64,000 nucleotides of DNA, from positions 2,728,011 through 2,792,010 of the forward strand of contig MU054117.1 in the NCBI GenBank assembly GCA_013239625.1, given 5' to 3'. Positions 11,721 through 23,949 of this stretch are shown piece by piece. Made by a program: the position numbers and the translations under genes. The notes beneath the pieces were generated by a model, which searched no databases, was not told the origin of the DNA, and saw only the letters and a list, made by a program, of their open reading frames with translations. Origin of the DNA: Lama guanicoe. Taxonomy: Eukaryota. How positions within the stretch are numbered: position 1 is the stretch's first letter; each line of letters starts with the position of its first letter.

Positions 11721-12454
11721 CACGGAGAAGGGAAGGATCCTTGATGCTGCGTGGGCGTGGGGGGCTTTGCGGGAAAGGTGCGGCCTGGAAGGAACAGGGA
11801 GGAAGTATGGGAGGGAGAGTGGGGCTGGGCGGAGTTGGAAGTGCGATGAGAGGGTTCAGGAGGGGACCCAGGAGCACACCCGATCACAGACTCAGGAGGC
11901 ACTGGCGTGGCTGGTGTGACCAGCGGGGCTGCGAGCGCCACCGGCCATTAACAGCCTGGGGCTGGCTACTGGCTGGGCTGGGCACATAGGACAGAGGCTT
12001 AGAGGAAAGCTGCTCCGCAGAAGCCGGGGGGGGGGGCGTGGCGGGGAGGCTGAGGGGCAGGGCCACCATTGCTCTGGGGTCCCTAATTGCAGCTCCAGCC
12101 ACGGGAGGCCCTGTGGCCTCCCTGCTGGCTGCTCAGCGCACTGCGGGATGGACGCTTGCTTCTGGGATCCAGACTGAGCCCGAATCTTACTCTGCACAAG
12201 GGGATAATCGCAGCACGGGCTGGAAGGGAGGAACTGGTGCTGATCAGACCAAGCTGTGAATAGGCAGTGGGAGGTTGGGGCCACTGTTTTTCTGTTCCTG
12301 CTGCTGACCAGTTCGGGCCAATTAGGAAACGCTGCTTCCCAGTCAGTGAGTTGATGTAATGACTTGGCACAGTGTGGCCCCCTCAAGTGAGCCCCTCTTC
12401 CCTTAACCACAGTTGGCAACAGTCCTGCCAACGATGTGGCATTTTGTGATGCCA

Positions 12455-12640
12455 GAGTGTTTGACATTATTTACATGGATTACCCATTTAATCCTCACAG
12501 TCACCCGAATAATTAGGTATCATTAAGATGCCTATTTTGCGTAGGAAGAAATGGAAGCTCAGAGAGGGTAAGTGACTTGCCCGAGGTCACACAGCTAACA
12601 GCACAACCAGGCCATGTGATTTCTGAGCCCACGCTGCTAT
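12455..12640 (-). mobile_element. MIR SINE
   Basis: CATTTAATCCTCACAG...GCTCAGAGAGGGTAAGTGACTTGCCCGAGGTCACACAGCT. Confidence 0.85.
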
Positions 12641-12739
12641 CCTATCCATGAGGCCACATGGCCTCTGAGTCTCAGGAGGATGTGACTTGGACAGGAGTTC
12701 TTGCCTTTGTTACCATGAATGACTATGTTATTCATTTCC

Positions 12740-12860
12740 TTTGTTGTTGTTCATTGGATGAAAAATCCCTTGAGGGCAGGGGACAGGCCATGTCATTCAC
12801 CACTGAACCTCCACTGCCTAGAACCGTCCTTGACACACAGTAGATGTACAGTCCTCTAAG
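12740..12860 (+). mobile_element. L2 3' end fragment
   Basis: CCTTGAGGGCAGGGGAC...TTCACCACTG...GCCTAGAAC...ACACAGTAGATG. Confidence 0.6.
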
Positions 12861-13233
12861 TTCCCCACACCTTATTCTGGTGTTCCACGCTGAGCAGTTA
12901 ACACGCCAGCCCCAAGGATGCGTGTGTCTTTGCTCCCATGGTCCCTTTACAGGAGCTTCTTTCCTGTTCCTTTCTCCTGCCCCTCCACCCGCCCCTCCAG
13001 GTTTAACCCCTGTCCTCATCTTCCTCAGCTGCCAGAGTCTGTGCCTCTCAGCTGGAAAGGATCCTCTAGGCTTTGCAGTTTCTTGTGCCGACCGTTAAGC
13101 CTCCTTAGTGAGACTCTAAGGCCTGGAAGGTAAGGACCAGCCCTTCCACATCCTGCCGTCCTCCCAGGCACAGAGGTCAGGGTCTTGCATGAGCTCGGTA
13201 ACTACTCATGGAGCTGTTGCAAAGTACATGCTT

Positions 13234-13984
13234 GTAGCCACTATGGAGGACAGGATGGAGATTCCCTAAAAAACTAAAAATAGACTTACCGTATGATACA
13301 GCGATCCCACTCCTGGGCATGGGTCTGGAGAAAACCATAATTCAAAAAGACACCTGCACACCAGTGTTCACAGCAGCACTATATACAGTAGCCAAGACAT
13401 GGAAACAACCCAAATGTCCATTGACAGACCACTGGATAAAGAAGTTGTGGTATATTTATACAATGGAATACTACTCAGCCATAAAAAAGAATAAAATAAT
13501 GCCATTTGCAGCAACATGGATGGGCCTGGAGATCATCATACTAAGTGAAGAAAGTCAGACAGAGAAAGACAAATATCATATGGTATCACTTATATGTGGA
13601 ATCTAAAAAAAAAGATACAATTTTATTTATAAACCAAAATAGATTCATGGACATAAAAAACAAACTGCGGTTACCAGGGCAGAAAGGTGGGCAGAGGGAT
13701 AAATTGGGAGTTTGGGATTAATAGATACTCACAATACTATATATAAAATAGATAAACAGCAAGGACCTCCTGTAAAGCGCAGGGAAGTCTATTCAATAGC
13801 ATGTAATGAGCTGTAATGGAAAAAATACATGTATGTGTACGTATAAATGAATTGCTTTGCTGTACACCTGAAACTAACATTATAAATTGACTACACTTTA
13901 GTAAAAAAAAAAGGATTAATTTAAAAATAAGAATTAATTTTTTAAAAAATTAAAAAAAGAAAGAATTAATTTTAAAAAGAAAAG
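13234..13984 (+). mobile_element. 5'-truncated relatively young LINE-1 (ORF2 C-terminus, 3'UTR, A-rich tail)
   Basis: ORF 13319-13606 encodes the L1 ORF2p C-terminus (WKQPKCP..WIKKLWYIYTMEYYSAIKKN..FAATW); followed by 3'UTR and tail. Confidence 0.95.
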
Positions 13985-15324
13985 ACTTGTAAGGGGCTGG
14001 GGCAGATCTGGAAGGACCAGACCAGGAGTTTTAGTGAGCTGCTGGGGCGGGGCTGACAGCACAGAGCCCGTCCGTGGGGCCTGTCGGAGGAGCCCGTCGG
14101 AGGCTCGGTTCTGGCTGCCCCTTTCTGCCTGGATCCTGGTGTCAATTTCAGAAAGACAGGGGAGGACCTCGAGTCGGGAGGGACAGGAATTGAAAAGAGG
14201 AGAACGATTTGTGCTGTTGAGGTAAAGATAATTGAAAGAGGCAGCAGCGGGACGGGGATTCGGGTCCGGAAAGATGGGGACTGCCTGGAGGAGGTGGGCG
14301 CCCTGCAGTTGGCACCCTGTCTCAGGTATGGCGTGGGCCGCCCTAGCCACCAAAGATCTGAAACGTGGGTTTGGGCAGAAAACAAACAGTATGTGAGAGT
14401 TCGGGGGGCAGATGACGATGCTAAGCCAATGTGCTTGGGGTTTGGGGAGAGGAGCTACTTACCTCCAGCTCTTGGCAGAGGGAGCCTCACCAAGGGAGCT
14501 GTCATACTGATTTAAAGCCAGAGCCCTCAGGTCTTCGGTGGCTCCATTAGGTACCTGAGTAGAGGCATCTAACTGAGCAGGGAGGGTAGGAGATTTATAA
14601 GCTACGATGTTTGAATGAGAGGTTTGGGGTGTGTAAATTTGGGGGTCTCTTCTTTGTGGCGCTAAGGTTTATTTGGGGGAGAGGATTGGAAGTCCATCAC
14701 GTTAGAAGTAGCTCCTGTAACAATCAAAGGTCAGACAGTAGTGCAGGGATGGGACGAGAGAGGGCCTCTGGTCCTTCGCCTCGGCCAGGGGTGTTGGCAG
14801 GTTCTCAGAGGGAGGCTAGGATGCAAGGAGGTAACTTTCAGGGAACTTGTCGTGAATGCAGCACTCGCTAATTCAAAGGATCACTGAGCATACAGGCCAC
14901 CCAGTGCTCATATAATTTACATATAAGGCCCCTGCGGGTTTTGGAAGTAGCTTTTGAAGGGCACCCAAACTGTCTCATTTTAGTGATATACATGTTTGGG
15001 GAGGAGGTAGGATGAGCTGCGGGTACCACTGAGGTCACGTAACAGAACTTAGGGGGCGGATGCTCTGACCCCAGCTTGAAATACAGCCTGCACGGAGAAG
15101 CCACGGTGCTGAGAACTTCACCGCCAGGCATCACTGGCCCCCGCCCCCCGCTTTCCTCGCATGAAGCTCACAGAATCCTCTTCCTATCACTGGAGGGGCT
15201 TCAAACATTGCCTGGAAGGAGGAGGGGCGGGAACAGGAGACACAAATTCCACCCACATGACTTCTTTTGCCCTGAGAGCAGCCCCGGGTGTGTCTTGTCT
15301 CAGGGAGGCCCTGGGAGGAGCCAT

Positions 15325-15500
15325 CTGCCTGGTTTCAAATGTGGGCTCTGCTGTTTCCAGCTGGGGGGCTTGGGGCCCCTCTCTGTGCTTCGACCGCCCA
15401 TCTGTGAACTGAAGATGGTGACAGTATTGACTTGACGGGGTTCTTGTGAGGATGAAATGAGTCAGTGCGTGTAAAGCACTCAGAACAGCTCAGTACCTGC
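15325..15500 (+). mobile_element. MIR SINE
   Basis: CTGCCTGGTTTCAAAT...CATCTGTGAA...TTGTGAGGATGAAATGAG...GTAAAGCACTCAGAACAG. Confidence 0.75.
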
Positions 15501-15768
15501 TTCCGTCACGAGTCTTCTTTGCCTTCAGGATGGTGGCAGCTGCTGTTCTGCGGGAGTTTCCCATCAGGCCTCGGCCGGGCGGGAAGGAGTCCGGGCGAGG
15601 CTGTGAGAGGAGGCAGAGGTTTCCGAGTTCTCCGTGCCGCAGCTGCAGGTGCCGGAAATGCTCTCTGGCCCTTGTGAGGAAAGAACTAAGATGGAGATGT
15701 AAGAGGTCAGAAGAGGGAAAGAAAATCACAGAAATAGGTCACAGGCTAAGGGAAACCTGGGCCAAGTG

Positions 15769-16292
15769 TTTTTTTAATTCTTATTTGTTTTACTGAAGTG
15801 TAGTTGATTTATAATGTTAGTTTCATGTGTACAGCAAAGCGATTCAGTTCCATATGTACATACATACATATATATTATATATATATATTTTTCAGTTTCT
15901 TTTCCATTACGGCTCATTACAAGAAATTGAATATAGTTCCCTGTGCTCGACAGTAGGTTTCTGTTATTTATCTATTTTATATATGGTAGCTAGTATTTGC
16001 AAATCTTGAGCTCCCAATTTATCCCTTCCCCACCCCCTTTCCCCCCAGTAACCATAAGTTCGTTTTCTATGTCTTTGATTCTGTTTCTGTTTCATAAATA
16101 AGTTCATTTGTGTCTTCTTTTTTCTTTTTTTAGAATTCACATGTGATACTATGTGATATTTTTCTTCTCTTTCTGGCTTAACTTCACTTACAATGACCAT
16201 CTCCAGGTGCATCCATGTTGCTGCAAACGGCATGATTGCATTCTTTTTCATGGCTGAGCAGCATTCCATTGCACGCCTACACCGCAGCTTCT
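15769..16292 (-). mobile_element. 5'-truncated LINE-1 3' end
   Basis: Minus ORF 15964-16269 MECCSAMKKNAIMPFAATWMHLEMVIVSEV matches the L1 ORF2p end; 3'UTR homologous to 13650-13900; T-tract at ~15769. Confidence 0.92.
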
Positions 16293-16685
16293 GAGAGAAG
16301 CTGCCCTGGGACAGAACCTTGCACGTCAGATTCGGTCAGGGTTAACTGAGGGGGTGTTGAGACGCCTTGCCCTGCTGGCTCCCTTCACGACCCACCCTGC
16401 AACCCGGCAGCATTGCGGGGTGTTTTAGAGGCAATTTCTGCTTAAAAAAACCCCACACGGCGTGAACTGAGGGAGGCCGAGGCAAATGCTTCTGACAAAG
16501 CAGCGCAAAGCTTGGTTCTGGTTGTTTCTTGATGAGCTGGTCCAGATGAGTAATAGGACAGGCGGAAACTCCAGGGTTCAGCCCCACTGCTGCTGGGGCC
16601 AGGGATCCAGCCAGTGATCGGAATGGCTTGAAAGGAATGTTGTCCCCTGCAGGGACCCTCCCTGATCCTGCATCTCTGAGAGGGC

Positions 16686-16712
16686 TGTGTGTGTGTGTGT
16701 GTGTGTGTGCGC

Positions 16713-16753
<41 letters not shown>
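16686..16753. repeat. (TG)n microsatellite with CG interruption
   Basis: ~68 bp of continuous purine-pyrimidine alternation. Confidence 0.97.
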
Positions 16754-16754
<1 letters not shown>

Positions 16755-18255
16755 TTACTCCGTCAAGTGTGAATCTAACCACCCGCCCCTCCCTTCGCTG
16801 GGTCCTAAACTCTCCTTTCTCCCCTGCCACGGTCTTCTTTCAGGTGCTCGCTGGCTTCTCTTTGGGGAGGTGGCCAGGGCAGACCTCCTGGTGGCTTTTG
16901 TCCCCCTGGAGCAGGGGGTGGGGAGGGCTGGGCTCCTCGGTTTTCAGAGGGAAAGGACGAGGGTGTGCGGGGGGAACAGGTGATGCAGGGATGGCGCAGT
17001 GGCGTGGAAGATGGGGGATTTAAATGTTAAGGGGTGGGTAGGAAATGTATCAAGATATTCTGAGGGCTAAATTTGCGCTGGAAGTTAAATGCATAGAATG
17101 CGATGAATCAGAACAAGAGCCACTTCAGATCTGAAAGCGGTTGGGTTGCCCAGGCAATACGCAGGCGTTCTGTGGACGGGCTGTCACGAGCAGAAGCCGT
17201 TTACATGGCACTTCACCTCCTCCAATTCTCATCCGCGAGCACCGGGATGTGAGTGATGGCCAGGAGACTGAGGCCCCCGGAGGGCGAGTGGTGTGCTCAG
17301 TGTAAGCATGCAGGTTTGCTGCAGAGCTGACAGGAGATCCTGGGTCCCCCTGCACCAGGTGGCCACCTGCAGGGGCATCATTTGCTCTGTCAGCTTGCCT
17401 AGTGATGCCCCGTGCGGGGCACTGGAGCTGCCATAGCCTTCAGACACCGGGCCCAGGAGGCAGGTGCAGACACCACCCACAATCACCAACCAAGAGGCTG
17501 TGGTGGACCTTCCAGCTTCCAGACTTCCGGCCTGGGTTCTCAGCCCCGAGCCTCACAGCTCACTGTCACCTGCTCGTCCTGCAGAGGGACACCACGGATC
17601 ATCCACAAGCCTGAGCAACTGGCTTTTCCCTTTTGCCCCCTCCCCACCTACCCTGAGTTTAACCCATCACTGAGCCCTTTCACTTCCGTGTGTTTAAATC
17701 CCCGAGCCCCTCCATCTCTCTCCATCCTTGCTCTGAACACCTGTCTGTTGCTGCCTGGCCTCCTCACACCCACTCTTGATTCCCTCCGATTTCCCCCTGT
17801 CTGAAGCGTCACCACGTGTCTCTCCTGCTGGGACCCCTCTGAGGCTCCCTGTCTCCCCTGACCATCTCCCAGACTCTGCACTGCTTGCCTCACACGCTGC
17901 CCTTTGGCCAAAGTGCAGCTGTGTCCCCTGCACCCCTCGTGCTGTGGATGCTTCAGTGATGAGGGGAGATAGAGAGGTCGCAGGAACGGGCAGGGAGACA
18001 GAGAGAGGACGATGTGGACCTTGGGTCCTGGCTGTGCTGAACCACTTGCCAGCATGAAACTACCCGCTTCGCATGGGATATTCTCAGCCTATAGAGCACT
18101 GTCGTCCACTCGGAGGTGGGCAGGATCTACCAAAGCGAGGCTGGGAACGCAAAGCCTAGTGTGTCCAGACAGCGTGTTTTGATGCAGTGAGCAGACCACA
18201 GTGACCCTTAAGAGCCTGGACATTTCTTACCAGCCCTGTGACACCGAGCTGGTCA

Positions 18256-18709
18256 TGCTACCGAGCTCAGGTTTGGGTGCTCGCCACTGAAAAGCCAATA
18301 ATCGAGGGGCAGGTGTGAGTAGAAAGGAAAGATGCTTTAATCAGAAAAGCCAGCAGTCTGGGGAGAAGGTGGACTCATGTCCCCAGACCAGCTCTGAAGA
18401 CTCCGCTCAGCTAAGACAGTCTCTAAAGGGAAAAATGACCCGGGGAGAACCTCAGTGAACCACTGAGGCAGGAGGTTGGGGTCTGGGTCACCTCCATTGC
18501 CTGCAGACTGGCTGACTCTGTCCTCAGATGTTACCCTGCCCACGCGATCCGCCTGCAGGATTGCTAAGGGGGCTGCGGAGGGGAGACGGCTGGTCGTTCT
18601 TTAACTACTGAATTCTTCATTCTTACTTTTTTTCATCGATGAAAAGAACCAACGGCTTAGGCCAGGCATGGTGTGCACTCAGGAGAGCGTAAGTCAGGAG
18701 CTAGTTTCA
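18256..18709 (-). mobile_element. Probable solo ERV LTR (ERV1-like)
   Basis: Minus strand begins TGAAACTAG and ends GGTAGCA (TG...CA); ATTAAAGC polyA-like signal on the minus strand (+ GCTTTAAT ~18333); ~450 bp. No TSD found. Confidence 0.55.
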
Positions 18710-18799
18710 ATTGCCTAGTAATGTCATTTCTATAATCAGGTTCTTTCAAGGCTAGAGGGGGACAGAAATGGGCAGACAGGAAAGGGGCGAAAGAACTGC

Positions 18800-18880
18800 T
18801 TTTAGTCACTTGATGTGGTGAGGCTGTGAGCCTTAGTTTCCTCATCTGGGAAACGGGGCTGACAGCTGTCCTACTGTGTG
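18800..18880 (+). mobile_element. MIR fragment
   Basis: GAGCCTTAGTTTCCTCATCTGGGAAACGGGG. Confidence 0.65.
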
Positions 18881-19289
18881 GATGTCTTCTTTTTTAGCTG
18901 CACAGCAGGATATGAACCTCCTTTTTATTTGGGGGATCTTTCACCGAGTGAGCCCCTTCTCCCACTGGGAAGCTGAGGAAGCTGGTTACTCTGACCCCCC
19001 CTCCCCCAACACACACCTGCAGCAAGGGAGTGAGAGGCTCCTGCCTCGGGCCTGCATCTCGAAAATAACGCGAAGATGCAGGCCCAGCTGAGAATCGCGC
19101 CAGTCGAGGTGGTGGAGTAGCAGTGACAAGGACAGTGGAGGCTGTCACCAGGGTGTCCAGCCCAGACTCTCCCCACAATGGGAACTTGGTTCCTTTCTTC
19201 CCTGCCTTCAAGGATTGCCTGGGAGCCGCATGGTCTCCTCCCAGTAAATTCCGTTCATGCCCTTCGGCTGACCGGCCTGTGTGTGTGGC

Positions 19290-20060
19290 TGGAACCAGGA
19301 GTGTTGGCCCCAAAGCCCAGCTCCTCCGCGGGACGGCTGGGATAAAGCAAGACGTTCAGCTGAAGCTGCTCCGGGGAGACGGCGGGGCAGCTCTGCGGGA
19401 AGGGGTGGGGGCCCGGGACTGCTCTACCCGTGCTTTAGAGACAGCGGAAAATATCGTGGTCAAAATCTTATTAAATATCGGGCAAACTTTGTGATGCTGT
19501 GAAAATGCTCTGGGAGAACAGGGGAACCGTGAGACCACCTCCTCATCCCCCGGTGGAGGACCCTCCCACTCCTCCCATCTGTGCCTTCAGTTTAACTTAA
19601 AAACCTAATTGTCAAAAAAACAAAAAAACAAAAACCCAAGCCAACCCAAGCCCAGAGGGCGACGCAGGCCCACCTCAGTAGACTGCTCGCACCCAGGGGC
19701 AGAAGTTTATTTCTGCGCCATGTCTCACAGGTTAGGACGCGGTGTGGCAGCCTCGGCGGCACTTTAATGAGGCTGAGCCCGGGTCACAAAGACAGCCCGG
19801 CAGGCGGGGGGGCCGAGCTTTCCCCGGCGGCGGAGACTTGGAAGCTGCCTGCTGGGGCTTGGGCTTCACCTGGGGGGCAGCCCCCGGCCTCAGCCCTTCC
19901 CATGCCCGGGGCGGAGGCTGGGCTCAGTCTGTTCAGCTCCTGGGTCCCCGGGGGGCCGGCCCCAGGGCCAGCGGGAGGCCAGGCTCGGGGCGGCGTCTCA
20001 CGGTAACTGGTGGGCTTCTCGCCCCCGGTGCCTGAGCGTGCTGTTTCTCCCACTGTGGAC
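19290..20060. promoter_or_regulatory. CpG-rich non-repeat segment (possible enhancer)
   Basis: Elevated CpG/GC; imperfect CTCF-like motif near 20019-20032 (minus). Confidence 0.35.
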
Positions 20061-21625
20061 AACACTGGAGCATGAGAGCCTGCAACCTGCTTGCGGGGAC
20101 AGAAAGGACAGGCCAGGAGCCCCCACCCCTGGGACCCATCCCCCCTAACTGCCCCCTCGGGGAAAGAGGCAACTGGAAGATACAGTGCTTCATCACAGTG
20201 TTGTTTTAAGTTTTTACATTTTGAAAGAGCAAGTTGTCAGGCAGACATCTGGCAGGCAGAGCCATTAACCTCACGGGAATGAAGGCAGTAGTCCGGGGAC
20301 CTGACCAAGGCCGCCGCTGGGGGAGGTAGCTGTCTCTCTGCCTCTGCGGGGAGACACTGCAGGCCTCTGCAGGGGGCGGGGGGTGTGGGGCTCGCCTGGC
20401 GCCAGGTGGCTGCATCCTCAGCACCTCCTCCAAGCCCGTGTGGAGCTGTGAGGCCCCTTGGGGGCAGTGGGGACGCTGGTGTGAGCTGGGATCCGGGAAG
20501 TGGTGTGTGGCTGCCTGGAATTACGAGCAGCCCAGAACCAGGACCCCCGTTAGCTCTTCAGGCCTCAACTTCCTCATCTGTAAAATGGCGGGGGAGATGC
20601 AGTGATGGCCAAACTTTCTTTGGCAGGTCTACATTTCTCACGAGCCCCTGAGGCGTCAGGCTGCTTGGCTGAGGTTCTGGGATTTGGACCAGAGCCAGTC
20701 TTTCCTTTATCAACCCTTACAAGGGGCAAAAGCTCCTGTCCCTGCAGGTCACGGGACAGAGGCCCCCTCCCTGGAATTGCATGGGTTTATCTTCATGATA
20801 AACAAGGAAAGCTGGAGAAGCAGGTCCCCCATGTCCTACCTGGAAATGAACTGGCCACCAGCTAAGAGCTAAGATCAAGTTGATAAGAGATGCTGAGTGA
20901 AGTCACACTGTCTGTGGATCCCAGACATCAGGCCATCAAAGGGCGAGGCAGCGACTGAGGGCAATTGGATTGCTTAAAAAAAATAAAATAAAATAAAGGC
21001 AGAAACCAAAACCCTAGAAGCTGTTCCAAAAGTATTCCATTTTAATCAAATAAGTTTATTTGATTACACGCAGAGTACCACTGAATTTAAAGGACGTTAA
21101 TTTCTGTGTTTCTTTCCAAGCAAACAGCCAGACAATACTAAAGTTTGTTCTTAGAGCCGGAGGGACGGTGGCTGTGAAGGCAGAGGAAGTCATGGTCATG
21201 GCCGAACTTGCCTGCGAGCTGGTAGTTCGACCTTCAGGTCCATCCTCTCAACCTGCATTAACCCCCTCTTCCCCATCCCTCTTACCTCTGTGCAGGTGAG
21301 GAAAAGCTAAAGAAGCAGCAGGGAGCTTGAGCACGTTGATACACTTGGGGAGCCACCAGGAGAATGACGGCCAGCAGCACTGGGGGGCTGGAGGGTGCTC
21401 CTGGCGGTGGCGTCGGCTCTGAGGCGCAGGGATTTGCACACCAGGACAGAGTTTGAAGACTGTGGAAGCCGCCTGTGCCTGTGGGGCAGATCGGGCAGGG
21501 TCGAGGATAAAAGGAATCATGAGGGGACTCGCACACAGCGGTGACCATCTGGAGCCTGACAAACTCCAGGAACCAGAGGTCCGGACGTTGTGAAGGGAAC
21601 CACCACCCTTCAAACCCATTCGAAA

Positions 21626-21763
21626 GTGGGAGGGTAGAGCTCAGTGGCAGAGCACGTGCTTAGCACGCACGAGGTCCTGGGGCCCATCTCTAGTGCCTCC
21701 ATTAAAAATAAATAATAATTAAAAAAAACCCTAATTACCTCCCCACCTCCAAAAAAAAAAAAA
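21626..21763 (+). mobile_element. tRNA-derived camelid SINE (Vic-1-like)
   Basis: GGGAGGGTAGAGCTCAGTGGCAGAGC (A box)...GAGGTCCTGGGGCCCATC (decayed B box)...CCTAATTACCTCCCC plus polyA; imperfect TSD CAAACC(AA)CATTCG. Confidence 0.85.
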
Positions 21764-22244
21764 CAAACCAACATTCGGGACAGTTGAGGAACCAAGGACA
21801 ACGCGGCTAAGAAAGGGGGAGGCTGACATGGAGGTGCCGGGAAGAGGCCCTACACGGACCCTATCTATGAGGGTCGCCAGGCACAAGCAAGGAAGGCAGC
21901 AGGGAGGTGGAGGTTTTGTCAAGTGCCATTCACTTTGTACTTTATCAGGTGCACAAAATTAAAAGCAGGCCGACGTTCTCCTTGCCATCAAGAAAGGTTT
22001 CTGGGCCACCTTTCCCCACTGCTGTTTCCTGGATATACTAATTTTAACAGAACCCTGAGCAAAAGCTCCACCCCCCCCCACACCCATAAAATGGTACTGC
22101 TTGCAGATTCTCCATAGTTTCATCGGTGTTTCTCCCCTCTCACTGTGGGACACGGTTGATATATCAGGTGGCAGAGAAAATTTAGCTGAAGGGGTTTCCA
22201 GACTCTGATGCGTAGAAGCAGGTGTTCAGGTGTGGTAAGGTGAT

Positions 22245-22273
22245 GTGTGTGTGTGGGTGTGTGTGTGTGTGTG
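22245..22273. repeat. (TG)n microsatellite
   Basis: Directly visible. Confidence 0.9.
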
Positions 22274-23949
22274 TTGGGGGGATGGTGAGTATGGATGAAT
22301 CTCCATCTTCTTTATTTTTAATAACTCACATTCCAGGAGCGACTTCCACAGGGTCTGGGGGTTCATGGGAGCCACAATGAAAGGTCTGGACTGACTGGGA
22401 GACCCTGGGGCAGAGCCCTTGTCCGGGCTGGAGTGCTGTGTTCGGGGAGGTCCTCGCTCTTGCGCAGGGCAAAGAGTCACAGGCAGAGACATCTCTGCAG
22501 AGGTTTTCTTTGCTTTGCTCTTTAAGTTCTGCAGGAAGAGCGTCGGGCTGGGGAACGGAAGAACTAACCTTGGCCCTGCCTGCTCCCTGCTGTGCCGGTT
22601 TCTTCATGTACTGAACAGGGATAATGAGACCAGCCTGTTCTCCGCAAGGGGAGGGGCGTGGTACACAAGGGTCACGAGGTTCAACGTGCAAGATGCTTTC
22701 AGAACCGTGCAGTGCTGGGCTGGGCTGCAGAGGATGGCTCCTTCCTGTGACAACATCACGTGTTTTCAGCTGCGCCTTCTTGGAACATCACAGACTCACG
22801 GGTCTTTTCCGTGTCCTGGTAGGGGGACTGAACTTGTCACATGTCACCTGTCAGAATCCCAGGGCTGGGCCCCAGACACCCCTCTGTGTCAGAAAGGCAA
22901 CTGAGGTCCGTACACAACTGCTTTTTTCTTAGGAGGAGTGACAGTTGTTGGAAGGAGGGGTGGGGATGCGATGGGATGGGTCCAGAACCAGCATCCACGC
23001 GGTGGTGAGGCTGGTCCAAGGGGAGGCCGTGGCTGCCCCGTGACTGTGGGTGAAGGTTACTGGGCCTCTTGGGGTCCCTTTACCCGCCTATAAAAAAAAG
23101 TCACGATGTGGTGAGTGATCCAGCCGTGTACCGGGTTCACCTAAAGTCCTGACAAATACTAGGCTTTTCTTGTTGCAAGGTTCCGTCACATCTGTCTTTG
23201 ACGCTCGCTTGCTTTTAAAACACCTTAATATGGTTGCCACAGGAACACCGGGTAACTTTCAAGTTCATGCCTTTGAAAGGCAAACGCGCTCCAGCTTTTC
23301 AACGCCCGCAGCCCCAGGTAAGGCAGCGGCTGAGCCGCTGTGACAAGATTCTGGTTTCATCCACCAGAACCCAGGTAGCCGCTTCCTCTTTTTAGGAGCT
23401 GCTATTGTCAGCGTGCAGGAGATCTTTATTAATAGACGAAAGCGTTCGCGCTGCCGGTGGATTTGCTCAGAGGAAGCATGACTGAGGCCGGCCAGGCTCG
23501 GCCGCCCCCACCCCCCGCCTCGTCTGCACTAAGTTTCGGCTGGGATCGTGGTCGTAATTGGGCTGTGGGGCTGCTGTGACTGGGCCGCTTGGAAACACAC
23601 AAGCCGTGAGTCAGGTAAACTTCAAGGTGAAGTTATTTTCAGCTGATCGAGTGCGGCATGGAGGCCCAACCGGAGGAGAGGGAATCAGCCCACCAGGCCG
23701 CCCGTGCTCTCCGCCGGGGCCCCCGCCTCTCCCTCTGGAAGCCCAGACTCCCCGTTCCACTCTGGGCAGCCTGCCTCGCTGGTGGAGAGTCTGGCGGACT
23801 GGAGGGTTCGACTGGCTCAATTTGATTCCATTCAGCAAACATTCACTCAGCTCCTACCACCTGCCCACAAAACAAGGACCTTTTTGCTTTTAAGTGATGG
23901 CTATTATGTGTTCTTGTTCTAACACATCAAACGATGTGCTGGAAGGCCG

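Noticed and set aside
13319..13606. Functional CDS (also 15964-16269 and 56326-57015)
   Set aside because: 5'-truncated L1 ORF2 remnants lacking EN and RT domains.
16628..17023. Cys/Val- or His/Thr-rich ORFs (similarly IHPS repeats at 8722-9159)
   Set aside because: Translations of microsatellites.
21626..21700. tRNA gene
   Set aside because: Decayed B box, SINE tail, polyA and TSD indicate a SINE.
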